Of a DNA stretch of 64,000 bases, positions 18,072-27,420 are shown one piece after another (positions within the stretch are counted from its first letter, which is position 1; each line of letters opens with the position of its first letter). Below the pieces are notes generated by a model. That model saw nothing but the letters and a program-made list of their open reading frames with translations. It searched no databases and was not told the DNA's origin. Source of the DNA: Deltaproteobacteria bacterium (GTDB taxonomy: Bacteria > Bdellovibrionota > FAC87 > UBA2466); the NCBI GenBank assembly GCA_016196825.1, contig JACPWY010000055.1, positions 70 to 64,069 of the forward strand. Reading direction: 5' to 3'. Position numbers and translations under genes: made by a program.

Positions 18072-18986
18072 CTAGCGCACGCAGACTTTATTGCGGCCGC
18101 TGTTTTTGGCGTCGTAGAGGGCCTTGTCGGCCATGGCGATGAAGGCGTCGGGGCTTTTGCACGTGGAATCCAGACTCACCACCCCCATACTGACCGTGAC
18201 GGGGATCAATTGGCTGTCGTAGAGGAATCGGTGTTTCTCGATAGTCGATCGAATGCGTTCGGCGACCTCGACGGCAATCCTCAACGGCGTCTCGCGAAGT
18301 AATAGCGAGAACTCCTCGCCGCCGTAGCGGCCGAGGGCGTCTTGGCTGCGGATCATTTTGTTTTTGATGATCGCACAGGTCTCTTTCAAGACGAAGTCGC
18401 CCGCGAGGTGGCCGAATTTGTCATTAGTCTGTTTGAAATGATCGAGGTCAAACATGATGAGGCACAATGATAGCTCGCGTGCGAGTGACTTCGAAAACTC
18501 TTCGGCGATGAGCTCTAGGATCGCCTTCTTGTTGAGCGCCTGAGTGAGATCGTCGCGAGTGGCGAGGTCGTACATTTTGTTGTAGTGGATGTTTTCGATC
18601 TTCCCCTCTTTAAGGAATTTCAAGATCGTGTTGCCCGTGCGGATGAGATCGCCATCCTGAAGCACTTTTTTCCCGATCTTCACGTCGTTGACGTAAGTGC
18701 CATTGGTGCTGCCGAGATCGACCACGACGATGCCTTCGTCGGTGACCTTGAATTCGGTGTGCTTCCTCGAAATGGCGGTCTCGGCGATCTGAATGTCAGC
18801 CTCGAGATCGCGGCCCAGGATCATCCCATCGCGGGTGACGAAGAATGATTTGCCGAGTGGACGGCCCGAGATCACAACCAGCACCGGCGCTGAGGACTTC
18901 GCCTCTTCGAGGCGAATCTTCAGCGTATCGCTATCGGCAACCTCGGTTTTATCGATTTCGGGCTTACCGTCTTTTTTGTCGGCCAT
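18072..18986 (-). CDS. FHA-domain diguanylate cyclase (GGDEF)
   Basis: FHA core GRDLEADIQIAETAISRKHTEFKV...VVVDLGSTNGTYVN. GGDEF domain with active-site GGEEF and an I-site RSQD five residues upstream (IRSQDALGRYGGEEF). Confidence 0.9.
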   Translation of the reverse strand: MADKKDGKPEIDKTEVADSDTLKIRLEEAKSSAPVLVVISGRPLGKSFFVTRDGMILGRDLEADIQIAETAISRKHTEFKVTDEGIVVVDLGSTNGTYVNDVKIGKKVLQDGDLIRTGNTILKFLKEGKIENIHYNKMYDLATRDDLTQALNKKAILELIAEEFSKSLARELSLCLIMFDLDHFKQTNDKFGHLAGDFVLKETCAIIKNKMIRSQDALGRYGGEEFSLLLRETPLRIAVEVAERIRSTIEKHRFLYDSQLIPVTVSMGVVSLDSTCKSPDAFIAMADKALYDAKNSGRNKVCVR

Positions 18987-18996
18987 TGCAGTGAGA

Positions 18997-20277
18997 TTAT
19001 ATCAGGGCCTCTTTGAGAAGACGCTTACCTTCCTCAACCCCCGGCTGACCGAATGCGTCGACATCATAGAGCTCACCCGCCAGAGCACAGACGGTCTCAA
19101 AAAAGAAAAAGGCCGAACCAAGCGCTTCGGGCGAGAGGCCCTCGAGTGCGAGGCGGTAGGTAGGCATCCCGCCGTTCTGGAGCGAGAGCTCTGTCGAGCG
19201 ACAGGCGAGATGGTTGAGCTGTTCAAAGGTTGTCTTCGTCAAGTAAGCCGCCTCGCCTGGCGAAAAACTTGGCATTCCCACAACCGTTGAGGCCTTCACA
19301 GGAGTGTCGATAAAACCCACCATCTTGTCCCTTGGCCCCTGCCGCAACATCTGAAGAATCGAGTGCTGATCGCTGGGCCCGAGGGCCGCGACCGGTGTGA
19401 AACCGACGGCCTTCCCGGTCCTATCGATCTTCCCCAGACTTTCGGCAAAAAGCTGTGTGTGCCACTCGGCCAGGCTCTTGAGCGTCTGACGATAGGGCAT
19501 CAGGTAATGGATATTACGGCGAAACTCCGTGTCCCAGCGGAAATGGCTCAGAGCCAGCCAAAAGGCGGGGCATTCATCGGGCGTCGAATTGAGAATCGCT
19601 TCCCGCATCCGTCGGGCCCCCGTGAGGATCCTTTGCGAAGAAATCTTCGCGAGTTCAGCCGGGAAGAGCCCGACCGAAGTCAGCACGGAGAATCGGCCAC
19701 CCACGTCGGGAGGGACCGAGAAAGTCGACCAACCTTCTCGTCTTGCCATCTCCCGCAGCGCCCCCTTCTCGGGATCGGTGATGATCAAATACCCCTGGGC
19801 GTTCACGCTCTGGCTCAGATTGAAAAAGGCTGACAGAGTTTCCGTCGTGTTTCCCGACTTGGAAATGACGACGAGCGCGTAACGTTTTTCGAGCGCTAGG
19901 CGCTGCAGAATATGGATCCGCTCCGGATCGGGCTGAGTAACCCAAAGAATAGGAAAATCCTCCTGATCGGTCGCTACCCTCAAAGATTCCAAAAGGGTTT
20001 GAGGCCCCAGGTAAGACCCGCCAATGCCCACGATGATTGCGCCGTCAAAACTCGATCGCAATCGGTGGGCCGTCACAGCCCACTCCTTAGGAGCCGCCTC
20101 GGGTGTTGTCTCGGGCAGATCGAAGAAGCCTATTTCTTCGGTCACTGACCGGTGGCGAAAAGCTTTCCAGACCCGTTGGCTGAGCGCCCCCTCCTCGCCC
20201 GTCAGACGCGGCCCGCCGGGATGAGTCCAGAGGTGAGAGAGGTCCAATGACAGATTAGGGAGTATCCACTGCTTCAT
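18997..20277 (-). CDS. pgi: glucose-6-phosphate isomerase
   Basis: VGIGGSYLGPQ and DVGGRFSVLTSVG PGI signatures. Start set to ATG 20277 (MKQWILPN..), which overlaps the upstream gene by 23 nt. The upstream ATG 20337 would overlap by much more. Confidence 0.85.
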   Translation of the reverse strand: MKQWILPNLSLDLSHLWTHPGGPRLTGEEGALSQRVWKAFRHRSVTEEIGFFDLPETTPEAAPKEWAVTAHRLRSSFDGAIIVGIGGSYLGPQTLLESLRVATDQEDFPILWVTQPDPERIHILQRLALEKRYALVVISKSGNTTETLSAFFNLSQSVNAQGYLIITDPEKGALREMARREGWSTFSVPPDVGGRFSVLTSVGLFPAELAKISSQRILTGARRMREAILNSTPDECPAFWLALSHFRWDTEFRRNIHYLMPYRQTLKSLAEWHTQLFAESLGKIDRTGKAVGFTPVAALGPSDQHSILQMLRQGPRDKMVGFIDTPVKASTVVGMPSFSPGEAAYLTKTTFEQLNHLACRSTELSLQNGGMPTYRLALEGLSPEALGSAFFFFETVCALAGELYDVDAFGQPGVEEGKRLLKEALI

Positions 20278-21406
20278 ACATTCTATCCAATTCTCGAGAC
20301 AGCACGAGGCGCTGAATCTGATTAGTCCCTTCAACAATCTGAAGGGCCTTGGCGTCTCTGAGCAGACGCTCGACTCCGAAAGACTTCTTGTAACCGTCGG
20401 GCCCGAGGTAGGTGATGGCGTCGCTCGACACCTTCACGGCGAGATCGCTGCCCAGCATCTTTACCTGGCTCGCAATAATCGTGAGCCGCTCCTCGCGATC
20501 CCGAAGTCGAGCCGCTTCATTCACCAAGAGACGGGCGGCCTGTATTTCCGCGAAATGAGCCGAGAAGAGATCTCGTTCGCCCTGCTCGAAGTGGCCAGCG
20601 CGGGTGCGGTGGCTCCAGAACTGGGCCAGGGCCTCGATAGCCGTGCCGATACCGCCCACGCCAATGGTGACGCGGCCGGCGTCGAGTTGAGACAGCGCAA
20701 CCTTAAAACCTTCTCCCTCAGCACCCAGTCGCTGTTTCTCACCGAGAAAACAGTCCTCAAAGATAAGCTCGGCCAGAGTCGAGCCCCTCAGACCGAGCTT
20801 CTTCTCCAGCTTTCCGACACGAAAGCCAGCAGTCCCCTTCTCGACGAGAAAAGAGGTCACCCCCTTGGCACCGGGCTCGCCGGTTCTGGCCATGAGCAGA
20901 AAGAGATCGGCGTCGCCCGCGTTACTGCACCACATCTTGGTGCCGGTGACGCTGAAACCACCCGAAACCTTTTTCGCCGAGGTCCTTAAGGCCGCTGCAT
21001 CCGAACCGCTGTGGCTCTCAGACAACGAGAAGGCTCCCAACCATTCCCCGCTGATAAGCTTGGGCAGATATTTCTTCTTCTGCTCATCGGTGCCAAAGGC
21101 GAGGATTCCGCTTTGGACAATATTGTTAACCCCGACCGCGACGGTCATCGATAGGCTCGCCCGGGAGATCTCCTCCAGAACCGCGTAGTGGCAACCGTAG
21201 GGCATCTCGCTCCCGCCGAAGGCCTTCGGCGCAAAGCTCGCGAGCAACCCCTGTTTACCCAGTTCCTTGAACGCGCCCTTTCTGTAAAAACACTTTTCAT
21301 CGTCCTCGAATGCGAACGGGCGTAGAAGGTCATCGCAAATCGCGCGGGTCTTCGTGCGGTTGAGCGCCTCCGCGGGTGTGTCGGGTGGATAGAACTGGAG
21401 CTTCAT
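20255..21406 (-). CDS. acyl-CoA dehydrogenase
   Basis: ACAD architecture: ..AFSLSESHSGSDAAAL.., ..GTKMWCSNAG.., C-terminal ..QIVEGTNQIQRLVLSREL. Its start overlaps the stop of the upstream ACAD by 4 nt. Confidence 0.9.
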   Translation of the reverse strand: MKLQFYPPDTPAEALNRTKTRAICDDLLRPFAFEDDEKCFYRKGAFKELGKQGLLASFAPKAFGGSEMPYGCHYAVLEEISRASLSMTVAVGVNNIVQSGILAFGTDEQKKKYLPKLISGEWLGAFSLSESHSGSDAAALRTSAKKVSGGFSVTGTKMWCSNAGDADLFLLMARTGEPGAKGVTSFLVEKGTAGFRVGKLEKKLGLRGSTLAELIFEDCFLGEKQRLGAEGEGFKVALSQLDAGRVTIGVGGIGTAIEALAQFWSHRTRAGHFEQGERDLFSAHFAEIQAARLLVNEAARLRDREERLTIIASQVKMLGSDLAVKVSSDAITYLGPDGYKKSFGVERLLRDAKALQIVEGTNQIQRLVLSRELDRMYEAVDTP

Positions 21407-22539
21407 GCCTCGCCCAAGAGTTTCTTAGCGATGATCACGCGCATCACTTCATTCGTCCCGGCCCCGATCTCCATGAGCTTTGCGTCGCGCATGTAGCGCT
21501 CGACCGGGTGCTCCTTCATGTAGCCATAGCCACCGAGAATCTGAATGCCATCGAGCGCGGCGACTGTCGCCATTTTCGCGGTGAAGAGTTTGGACTTAGC
21601 ACCGAGATCCATTTCGCGATTTCCCTTGTCGTACGCGCGGCCCGCGGCGTAGACGAGGGCGCGGCCCGCGTCCCGCTGTGTTGCCATCTCGGCGAGCCGC
21701 TCCTGCACCATCTGAAAACTTGCGATCGGTTTTCCAAATTGAGTCCGCTCCTGGGCGTAGGTCAAAGAATAGTCGAGGGTGGCCCCGGCAATGCCCAGCG
21801 AAATGCCCGAGATGGTGATGCGCTCGATGTTGAGGTTCTTCATCATGTGGGCCACGCTGTCGTTCTCCTCCCCCACGAGATTTTCAACGGGCACCTCACA
21901 TTCATCAAAAACGAGCTCCGAGGTCGGTGAGCCGCGCATGCCCATTTTGTGCAGCCGCTTCCCCAGCCGAAAGCCAGGGAAAGTTTTTTCGACGATAAAG
22001 GTGGAAATATCTTTCTTGGTGGCACCCGTACGGGCGTAAACCACAAACACATCGGCCACGGGGCCATTTGTAATAAAGGTCTTGGTGCCGGTGAGGATGT
22101 ACTTGTTGCCCTTCTTGACGGCCTTCGTCGCAAGGCCAAGCGCATCGCTGCCAGCGCCAGGCTCTGTCATCCCCATTCCGCCGATGCATTCACCGGTGAT
22201 GAGCTTCGGAAGATATCTTTTCTTCTGCTCGGGTGACGCATTCTCGTGAAGATTGTTCACACAAAGAATCGAGTGCGCGAGGTAGGAAAGCGTCGTCGAA
22301 GCGCAGGCGCGGCCGAGCTCCTCCATCGCGATGGTCGCGGCTATACAACCCATTTCACTCCCGCCGTACTCCGATTTGGCAGTAATCCCCAACAGGCCCA
22401 GAGGCCCCATTGCCCGGAAGGCGGCCTCGTTGAAGCCCTCCAATTTGTCGATCTCCTCGGCCTTGGGTTTGAGTGATTTTTCAGCAAAAGACCTCACGGT
22501 CGATTGCAGTAGCGTCTCGTCACCAGAGAATTCGATCAC
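21403..22539 (-). CDS. acyl-CoA dehydrogenase (short/branched-chain type)
   Basis: GGMGMTEPGAGSDA.., ..GTKTFITNGP.., ..QILGGYGYMKEHPVERYMRDAKLMEIGAGTNEVMRVIIAKKLL are typical of isovaleryl/butyryl-CoA dehydrogenase-like ACADs. Confidence 0.9.
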   Translation of the reverse strand: MIEFSGDETLLQSTVRSFAEKSLKPKAEEIDKLEGFNEAAFRAMGPLGLLGITAKSEYGGSEMGCIAATIAMEELGRACASTTLSYLAHSILCVNNLHENASPEQKKRYLPKLITGECIGGMGMTEPGAGSDALGLATKAVKKGNKYILTGTKTFITNGPVADVFVVYARTGATKKDISTFIVEKTFPGFRLGKRLHKMGMRGSPTSELVFDECEVPVENLVGEENDSVAHMMKNLNIERITISGISLGIAGATLDYSLTYAQERTQFGKPIASFQMVQERLAEMATQRDAGRALVYAAGRAYDKGNREMDLGAKSKLFTAKMATVAALDGIQILGGYGYMKEHPVERYMRDAKLMEIGAGTNEVMRVIIAKKLLGEA

Positions 22540-22871
22540 AGCGCCTCCTTTCCCGTCTCAGCGGGTCTTCGGCGGGCTTCGCCGAAGCGAAGGTTGCGGA
22601 TCAGAATCTCCTGGAGCTCTACCTTTTTCGTGAGGCGCTCGAGCTCCTTCACTCGACCGTCGAGCTCGGTGAGCGCCTCTTGGCCGGCCGACAATCTTTG
22701 GTAGACGATTTCACCGAGATCGCGAAGGAGCCTTTTACGCTCAGTGACAAGATAAGCCCCTTTGGCCATCAACGATCCCAGGCGCCAGGAGTGGATCACC
22801 CAAAAGCGCAGTTCATCAAAGGTGTTACCTAATCGTTCCGCAAAGCTCACTTCAGGTGCTGGAGGTGTCAC
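22536..22871 (-). CDS. hypothetical coiled-coil protein, first gene of the ACAD-pgi-GGDEF operon
   Basis: 111-aa ORF with a 4-nt overlap onto the downstream ACAD. Helical heptad-like sequence (RKRLLRDLGEIVYQRLSAGQEALTELDGRVKELERLTKKVELQE). I recognise no family. Confidence 0.5.
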   Translation of the reverse strand: MTPPAPEVSFAERLGNTFDELRFWVIHSWRLGSLMAKGAYLVTERKRLLRDLGEIVYQRLSAGQEALTELDGRVKELERLTKKVELQEILIRNLRFGEARRRPAETGKEAL

Positions 22872-22974
22872 AGCTCATCAATTTATCGCTCCCACGAACC
22901 TCTAGTAAAGGAGCGATAACCAAAGTTACCGGTCGGGAAAGCTTCACCTTTCCATTCATGACGAGGCTTGTTAG

Positions 22975-24087
22975 ATGTTGAATATGTCTTGGGGGAATTG
23001 GGCGTGGATGGCTGCGGTGTTGTGTTGTCTCTCCGTCTGGGGGGCTTCCCGACAATCCAAGGCCCCGGTTCTGTACGACCTGTCTTCTATTCTTGTGGCT
23101 AATTCTGATTCGATTCCGCTTTTGGGTGGCCGATTCGTGCCACTGCCAAAAATTGTGTTCGACCGGATCCAATTTGTGGATGAACACCCCGATGCCAACT
23201 GGGAGCACGCCGCGCGATTTCGTTTTTTTCTCAAGGGGCGCTTGATTCAAGAGATGCCGACCCGCCTTCCTCCGAAGGGGCTCGATCGAAGGTGGCGAAT
23301 CTCTCCTCCTACGGCCGATGACACGACACCAACCTTCAAGATATCCGGGTTCGACGGAAAGTACCGTGTCAAGGACGCTTCTAAACACTTTGCTCTTCTC
23401 TTCAGTGGAAATGCCGACGATCGGCACTGGAATGACTTTTCATTTCTCTATCGCACGCTGACTCAGGTGTACGGTTACAGCCGCGAAAACATCCTGGTGG
23501 GTGACAGCAACTTCCGGGAGAAGGCCGGGGATCTCGATGGTGACGGCAAGACGGACATTCTATTTGGTTCAACGCTCGCCGATCTTCAGGGGCTCATGAC
23601 CTCGCTGACCGAGCGGATGAAGAAGGGCGATCAGCTCCTGCTCGTCGTCAATGATCACGGGAGCACCAAGGACGGAGAGTCCACTCTGATCCTTGCCGAC
23701 AACGAGATCAAGGCATCGGAATTTGCAGCCCTGATGAAGCCGCTCCCAACCGATCGGGTGCTCTCCGTTTTCGAGCAGTGCTTCAGCGGAGGCTTTGTGA
23801 GGCCGACGGTTGCGGCGGGCCGGGTCTCGGTGGCCGCTTCGACCAACCGGGAGATCAGCTGGGCAAGCGACGACGGCCTCTTTGACGAATTCCTCTACCT
23901 GTTTACTGCTGCCTTCGCACACCAGACTCACGACGGCGTCCCCGCCAATGCCGACCTCGACGGCAACGGCCGCGTGAGCGCTCGCGAAGGCTTCACCTAC
24001 GCCCTCGGCCAGGACGCATCCTCGGAAAGCCCGTTCCTGGAGTCCTACGTCAACACCAACTCAGCCTTCACACTCGGATTTGACTAA
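22975..24087 (+). CDS. secreted clan-CD cysteine peptidase, C13 (legumain/GPI8)-like
   Basis: Signal peptide MSWGNWAWMAAVLCCLSVWGA. Catalytic dyad context LLLVVNDHGS (His-Gly) and VFEQCFSGGF (Cys) occur in the legumain order. Asp-rich loops DLDGDGKTDILFG and DLDGNGRVSAREG look like Ca-binding loops. Confidence 0.7.
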   Translation: MLNMSWGNWAWMAAVLCCLSVWGASRQSKAPVLYDLSSILVANSDSIPLLGGRFVPLPKIVFDRIQFVDEHPDANWEHAARFRFFLKGRLIQEMPTRLPPKGLDRRWRISPPTADDTTPTFKISGFDGKYRVKDASKHFALLFSGNADDRHWNDFSFLYRTLTQVYGYSRENILVGDSNFREKAGDLDGDGKTDILFGSTLADLQGLMTSLTERMKKGDQLLLVVNDHGSTKDGESTLILADNEIKASEFAALMKPLPTDRVLSVFEQCFSGGFVRPTVAAGRVSVAASTNREISWASDDGLFDEFLYLFTAAFAHQTHDGVPANADLDGNGRVSAREGFTYALGQDASSESPFLESYVNTNSAFTLGFD

Positions 24088-24115
24088 GGCTTTGTCGCGC
24101 AGCGATGATACCCGA

Positions 24116-24198
24116 GGAGGGATAGGCAAATTGGTATGCCACCGCACTCGAAATGCGGCGGGAGCAATCCCTTGAGAGTTCAAGTCTCTCTCCCTCCG
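24116..24198 (+). tRNA. tRNA-Ser (anticodon CGA)
   Basis: Folded by hand. Acceptor GGAGGGA/TCCCTCC (7 bp). U8. D-arm GGCA-AATTGGTA-TGCC. Anticodon arm CCGCA-CT CGA AA-TGCGG. Long variable arm (GGGA-GCAA-TCCC). T-arm GAGAG-TTCAAGT-CTCTC. Discriminator G. CCA is not encoded. Confidence 0.9.
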
Positions 24199-24264
24199 CG
24201 CTCCCACATAATCCTTCGCTCGCTAGTTGTTGACCGGATGCAGCGGGGATGGCAGAACGGCGGA

Positions 24265-24972
24265 ATGATAATTTCATATCGCCTGTTTTTGGTCTTTTGC
24301 TTTTTTCTTAACTGCTTTGTCTTCGCCGGTGAACACCTGGTGCCGAATACACCACCCAACAAGGATATCCAGATCGTTTCTGGATCGTTGTCTAAGACTT
24401 TGCATCTTGGGGAGCAGGTCGACTTCAAAAAGTGTTCTGAGATCGCTGTGAAGACCTTTAAGGGTGGTCGTTTGGTGAACGCCGATTGCACGAATTATTT
24501 TGCAGAAATGTTGGGAGTGCCGCTCGCTCACCGGCTGGTCATCCCGTACACGGAGTCAAACGGCTCCATCTCCAGTGACTGGCGCTGCTACGACAGCCAG
24601 ATCGTGGCCGCAATCAAAACGAAGGCTCTCGAGTCATCGAGCTTCGTGCGGGTGGGATTCTACCATTCCCACGGCGAGCTGCTCCTCACACCCAAAAAGG
24701 CCCTCCATACCCTTGGCAAGGCGACCCTCAAATCGGGTGACGAAGTGACCTTGACTCAGTTTACGTCGTTGGCCCAGTGCTGGCTCGGCACGGCCTCGTC
24801 GAGCGCGTACCAAACTCAGGAGTTCAAACCCTTCGTTGATTTTGGCGTCGAAGAGGAGGGGGGCAGCCTTTCAATTTATCGACGCTGGGAAGACGTCCCC
24901 ACCAATTTCAAGCTGGGTTGGGGCAAAGAATTCGATCGCTCAACCGAGCTCTTTCAGTCCCAGCCCTACTAG
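24265..24972 (+). CDS. secreted hypothetical protein
   Basis: Track ORF 24136-24972 trimmed to ATG 24265, because the longer form would run through the tRNA. Signal peptide MIISYRLFLVFCFFLNCFVFAG. I recognise no family. Confidence 0.6.
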   Translation: MIISYRLFLVFCFFLNCFVFAGEHLVPNTPPNKDIQIVSGSLSKTLHLGEQVDFKKCSEIAVKTFKGGRLVNADCTNYFAEMLGVPLAHRLVIPYTESNGSISSDWRCYDSQIVAAIKTKALESSSFVRVGFYHSHGELLLTPKKALHTLGKATLKSGDEVTLTQFTSLAQCWLGTASSSAYQTQEFKPFVDFGVEEEGGSLSIYRRWEDVPTNFKLGWGKEFDRSTELFQSQPY

Positions 24973-25057
24973 GGAAGCGGCAGTGGCCGTATTGACGTAT
25001 ATACAAGAGCGCCGCTGGGCTCAAGCTGGCCTAAAACGCACCCGGGCACCATGACTC

Positions 25058-25101
25058 GAGTTGCCTAATTGGTTCTTTGCGACAGTAAGGGCAACTTTTT
25101 T
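25058..25101 (+). terminator. weak candidate intrinsic terminator
   Basis: GAGTTGCC (25058-25065) can pair with GGCAACTT (25090-25097), followed by a T-run that ends at 25101. The 24-nt loop is large, so this is weak. Confidence 0.3.
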
Positions 25102-25107
25102 GTAAAT

Positions 25108-25947
25108 CTAGCGCCAAGCGGGGGCCGTGGGGCTCGACGCCCTCGGGCTTTGTTCATACCGGGGAACCGCTCCGAGCGACCGCTCCATGATTCGGGATTG
25201 ATCGTTAAAGGGGCCGTAGAACCCGGGAACAATCGGCGGACTGCCGTACGCGCCAGGAGGAGTGGAACCGGCGTGGACTGGAATCAATCTTTTCGGACCG
25301 CTCACTACGCCGCCCCGGTCGTGAACGACCGCGCTCGGGCCGGTCATGGGGAGGAAGGGCGTCTCGCCTTTCTGAATTCGCTTGAGATCACTCGCCAAAA
25401 CGCTTTGGCAAAAAAAGGCCGCGTAGGCTCCCACATCGGCTAACGGGGTGCTCGCGAACGTTTCGAACGGAAGTGAAGATGGGAGACTCAGGTCGGCTCC
25501 GCGTTTCAACTCTTGCCGGAGAAGCTCGATAAACGCCCTATAGCTCTTCAATTTCTGCAGGCGCGCTACCGGAAGAGTGCGATCCTTGAGAGCCTCTTCG
25601 AGAGATTTGTCGGTCACCTCGACTTCATCAGCAAGCGATTGGGTGCTACGCTCGTAGGCCTTCAGGACCTCATCGAGAGCGCGAGATATTTGAAATCTCA
25701 AACTGGGCGGCAAAGGGCCGGCTGCGATCGCTTTCTTCAGAGATACTATGCGCTCGGCGTATGTTGGATAGATTCCTTTGGGGTCAGCCCAGGCACGAGG
25801 GAGAAAGTCATCCTTCGAGAATTGACCGATCAGAATCTTATTAATGAGCTTTCCATCAACGCGCGCATAGAGAACCTCGGTGTACGGATCTTCCGCCCAA
25901 AGAGATGTCACAAAAGTGATCGAGATCAATGCTGCCAGTGTCTTCAT
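25108..25947 (-). CDS. secreted hypothetical protein
   Basis: Track ORF trimmed to ATG 25947 (AGGGG upstream). Signal peptide MKTLAALISITFVTSLWA. A helical middle is followed by a Pro/Gly-rich C-terminus. Confidence 0.55.
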   Translation of the reverse strand: MKTLAALISITFVTSLWAEDPYTEVLYARVDGKLINKILIGQFSKDDFLPRAWADPKGIYPTYAERIVSLKKAIAAGPLPPSLRFQISRALDEVLKAYERSTQSLADEVEVTDKSLEEALKDRTLPVARLQKLKSYRAFIELLRQELKRGADLSLPSSLPFETFASTPLADVGAYAAFFCQSVLASDLKRIQKGETPFLPMTGPSAVVHDRGGVVSGPKRLIPVHAGSTPPGAYGSPPIVPGFYGPFNDQSRIMERSLGAVPRYEQSPRASSPTAPAWR

Positions 25948-26087
25948 GGATGCCCCTATCAAATTCATGCTCGTCAGCCTAGCTGCTGCAAATCCAAGAC
26001 CAGGCTCAGTTCGTGCGTGGGGAAAAACTCCCAAGTGTCTAACGGGACGAGAGTGTCGATGAAATAGACAGGCCGAGGGGTGCGGGA

Positions 26088-27260
26088 TCAGGCTGCTTGC
26101 AAGGCTCCTGCCCGAGGCGGGACTGAGGAGACGATCTCTTTCACCCATTGGGTGAGCCCGCTTTCATAGTGTTTCCAGTCGAGAGCGGGGGCTGTTTTTC
26201 GGAGCGTCTCGGCCAGAGCCACCCTTTGCGCGGGATCTCGTATGAGCGCATGGAGGAGCGACTGAATCGCCTCCGCACTAAAAGCGGGCACGACAAATCC
26301 GTTTCGGCCGGTCTGAATTAGCTCCGCCGCTCCACAGTGGTTGGTTACGATGGGAATGAGGCCCGAGGCCATCGCCTGCGGGACGACGGTGGCAAATCCA
26401 TCGTGAATCGAGGGCAAGACGAAAACATCAAAATCGCGGATAAACTGAGCAAGCCTTGAGTGCGGCATCGGTGGAAAATGGGTGTAGTGTCCATAGTGGG
26501 CGAGTGTGTCGGCAAATTCCGGATCGACCGATCCCACCAACGTGAGGGTGAGATCACGGCCAGCCAGTGGCTTCGTGGCCTCAAGGAGATACTTCACCCC
26601 CTTCTGGATCGAAAGAGTTCCGAAATAGATCACCCGCAGTGGGCCGGGGGCCGTTCGCACGGGGCCGGAAGTGAACAGAGAGAGGTCGGCGCCGAGCCCC
26701 AAGACCTTGATCTTTTTCTCGGGGAAACCCTTTTCCAAAAACGTCCGTTTTGCAAATTCAGAGAGCACCAGAATCCGATCGCTCAATGCGTATTCCTTCA
26801 CCTCACGATTGCGGACAAAGGAATGTTCGGGGAAGCGCTGGTTGAATCGACGGTATTCCGCTTCGAGCACCTCGATCTGGAAGTCGATGTGGGCCGAGTC
26901 CCGAATCGTCACATACCGACGAGCATAGCCCTGCTCCATCACCTCGAGTCCAAACGATGACCATGTTAACGAAAGATCACTAGCACGATTGAGCCGCCGA
27001 ATCTCAGCCGCCATGGCCCTGCCAAACGCCGCCATCTTGAGCGCGCCGCCGTAGGCATCAAGCCCCAAAGCCTTCCACCCGCGGAAGAGAATCTCAGGCC
27101 AGAGGAAGGAGTGGACAGCCGCCGCTGGGATTCTCGGGAAGCGGGACTTGGGAAAGGAGGTGAAGAGTTGCGCGTCGAACTGTGCGCGCAGAGCCAAGAC
27201 CATACGATCAGCGTGAAAACGACCGCCAACACCCACATCAATGGAAAAGGGTTGAATCAA
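26088..27260 (-). CDS. glycosyltransferase, GT4 (GT-B fold) family
   Basis: C-terminal nucleotide-sugar binding region VFVLPSIHDGFATVVPQAMASGLIPIVTNHCGAAELIQTGRNGFVVP is typical of the GT4 pattern. Length is 390 aa. Confidence 0.85.
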   Translation of the reverse strand: MIQPFSIDVGVGGRFHADRMVLALRAQFDAQLFTSFPKSRFPRIPAAAVHSFLWPEILFRGWKALGLDAYGGALKMAAFGRAMAAEIRRLNRASDLSLTWSSFGLEVMEQGYARRYVTIRDSAHIDFQIEVLEAEYRRFNQRFPEHSFVRNREVKEYALSDRILVLSEFAKRTFLEKGFPEKKIKVLGLGADLSLFTSGPVRTAPGPLRVIYFGTLSIQKGVKYLLEATKPLAGRDLTLTLVGSVDPEFADTLAHYGHYTHFPPMPHSRLAQFIRDFDVFVLPSIHDGFATVVPQAMASGLIPIVTNHCGAAELIQTGRNGFVVPAFSAEAIQSLLHALIRDPAQRVALAETLRKTAPALDWKHYESGLTQWVKEIVSSVPPRAGALQAA

Positions 27261-27420
27261 ATGGCCTCGGAATTAGGAGTCGGGAGGTTTTGCCTGCTTA
27301 ATAAGAATACCATCCACCCCAAGAGCTCGGCGTCGCGCCGCTTCCCAAGGATTTCGGCGTGTACTTAAGAAACCAGTTATACTGAATTCACGCCTCATCA
27401 CCGCTATTCCGGATAAAACC

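Noticed and set aside
22852-23427. 191-aa minus-strand ORF overlapping the start of the C13 peptidase gene
   Set aside because: It lies opposite a signal-peptide-bearing gene with catalytic motifs. It has no motifs or SD and would collide with the divergent promoter region.
24136-24264. N-terminal 43 codons of track ORF 24136-24972
   Set aside because: They overlap the tRNA-Ser gene. An internal ATG at 24265 gives a clean signal peptide.
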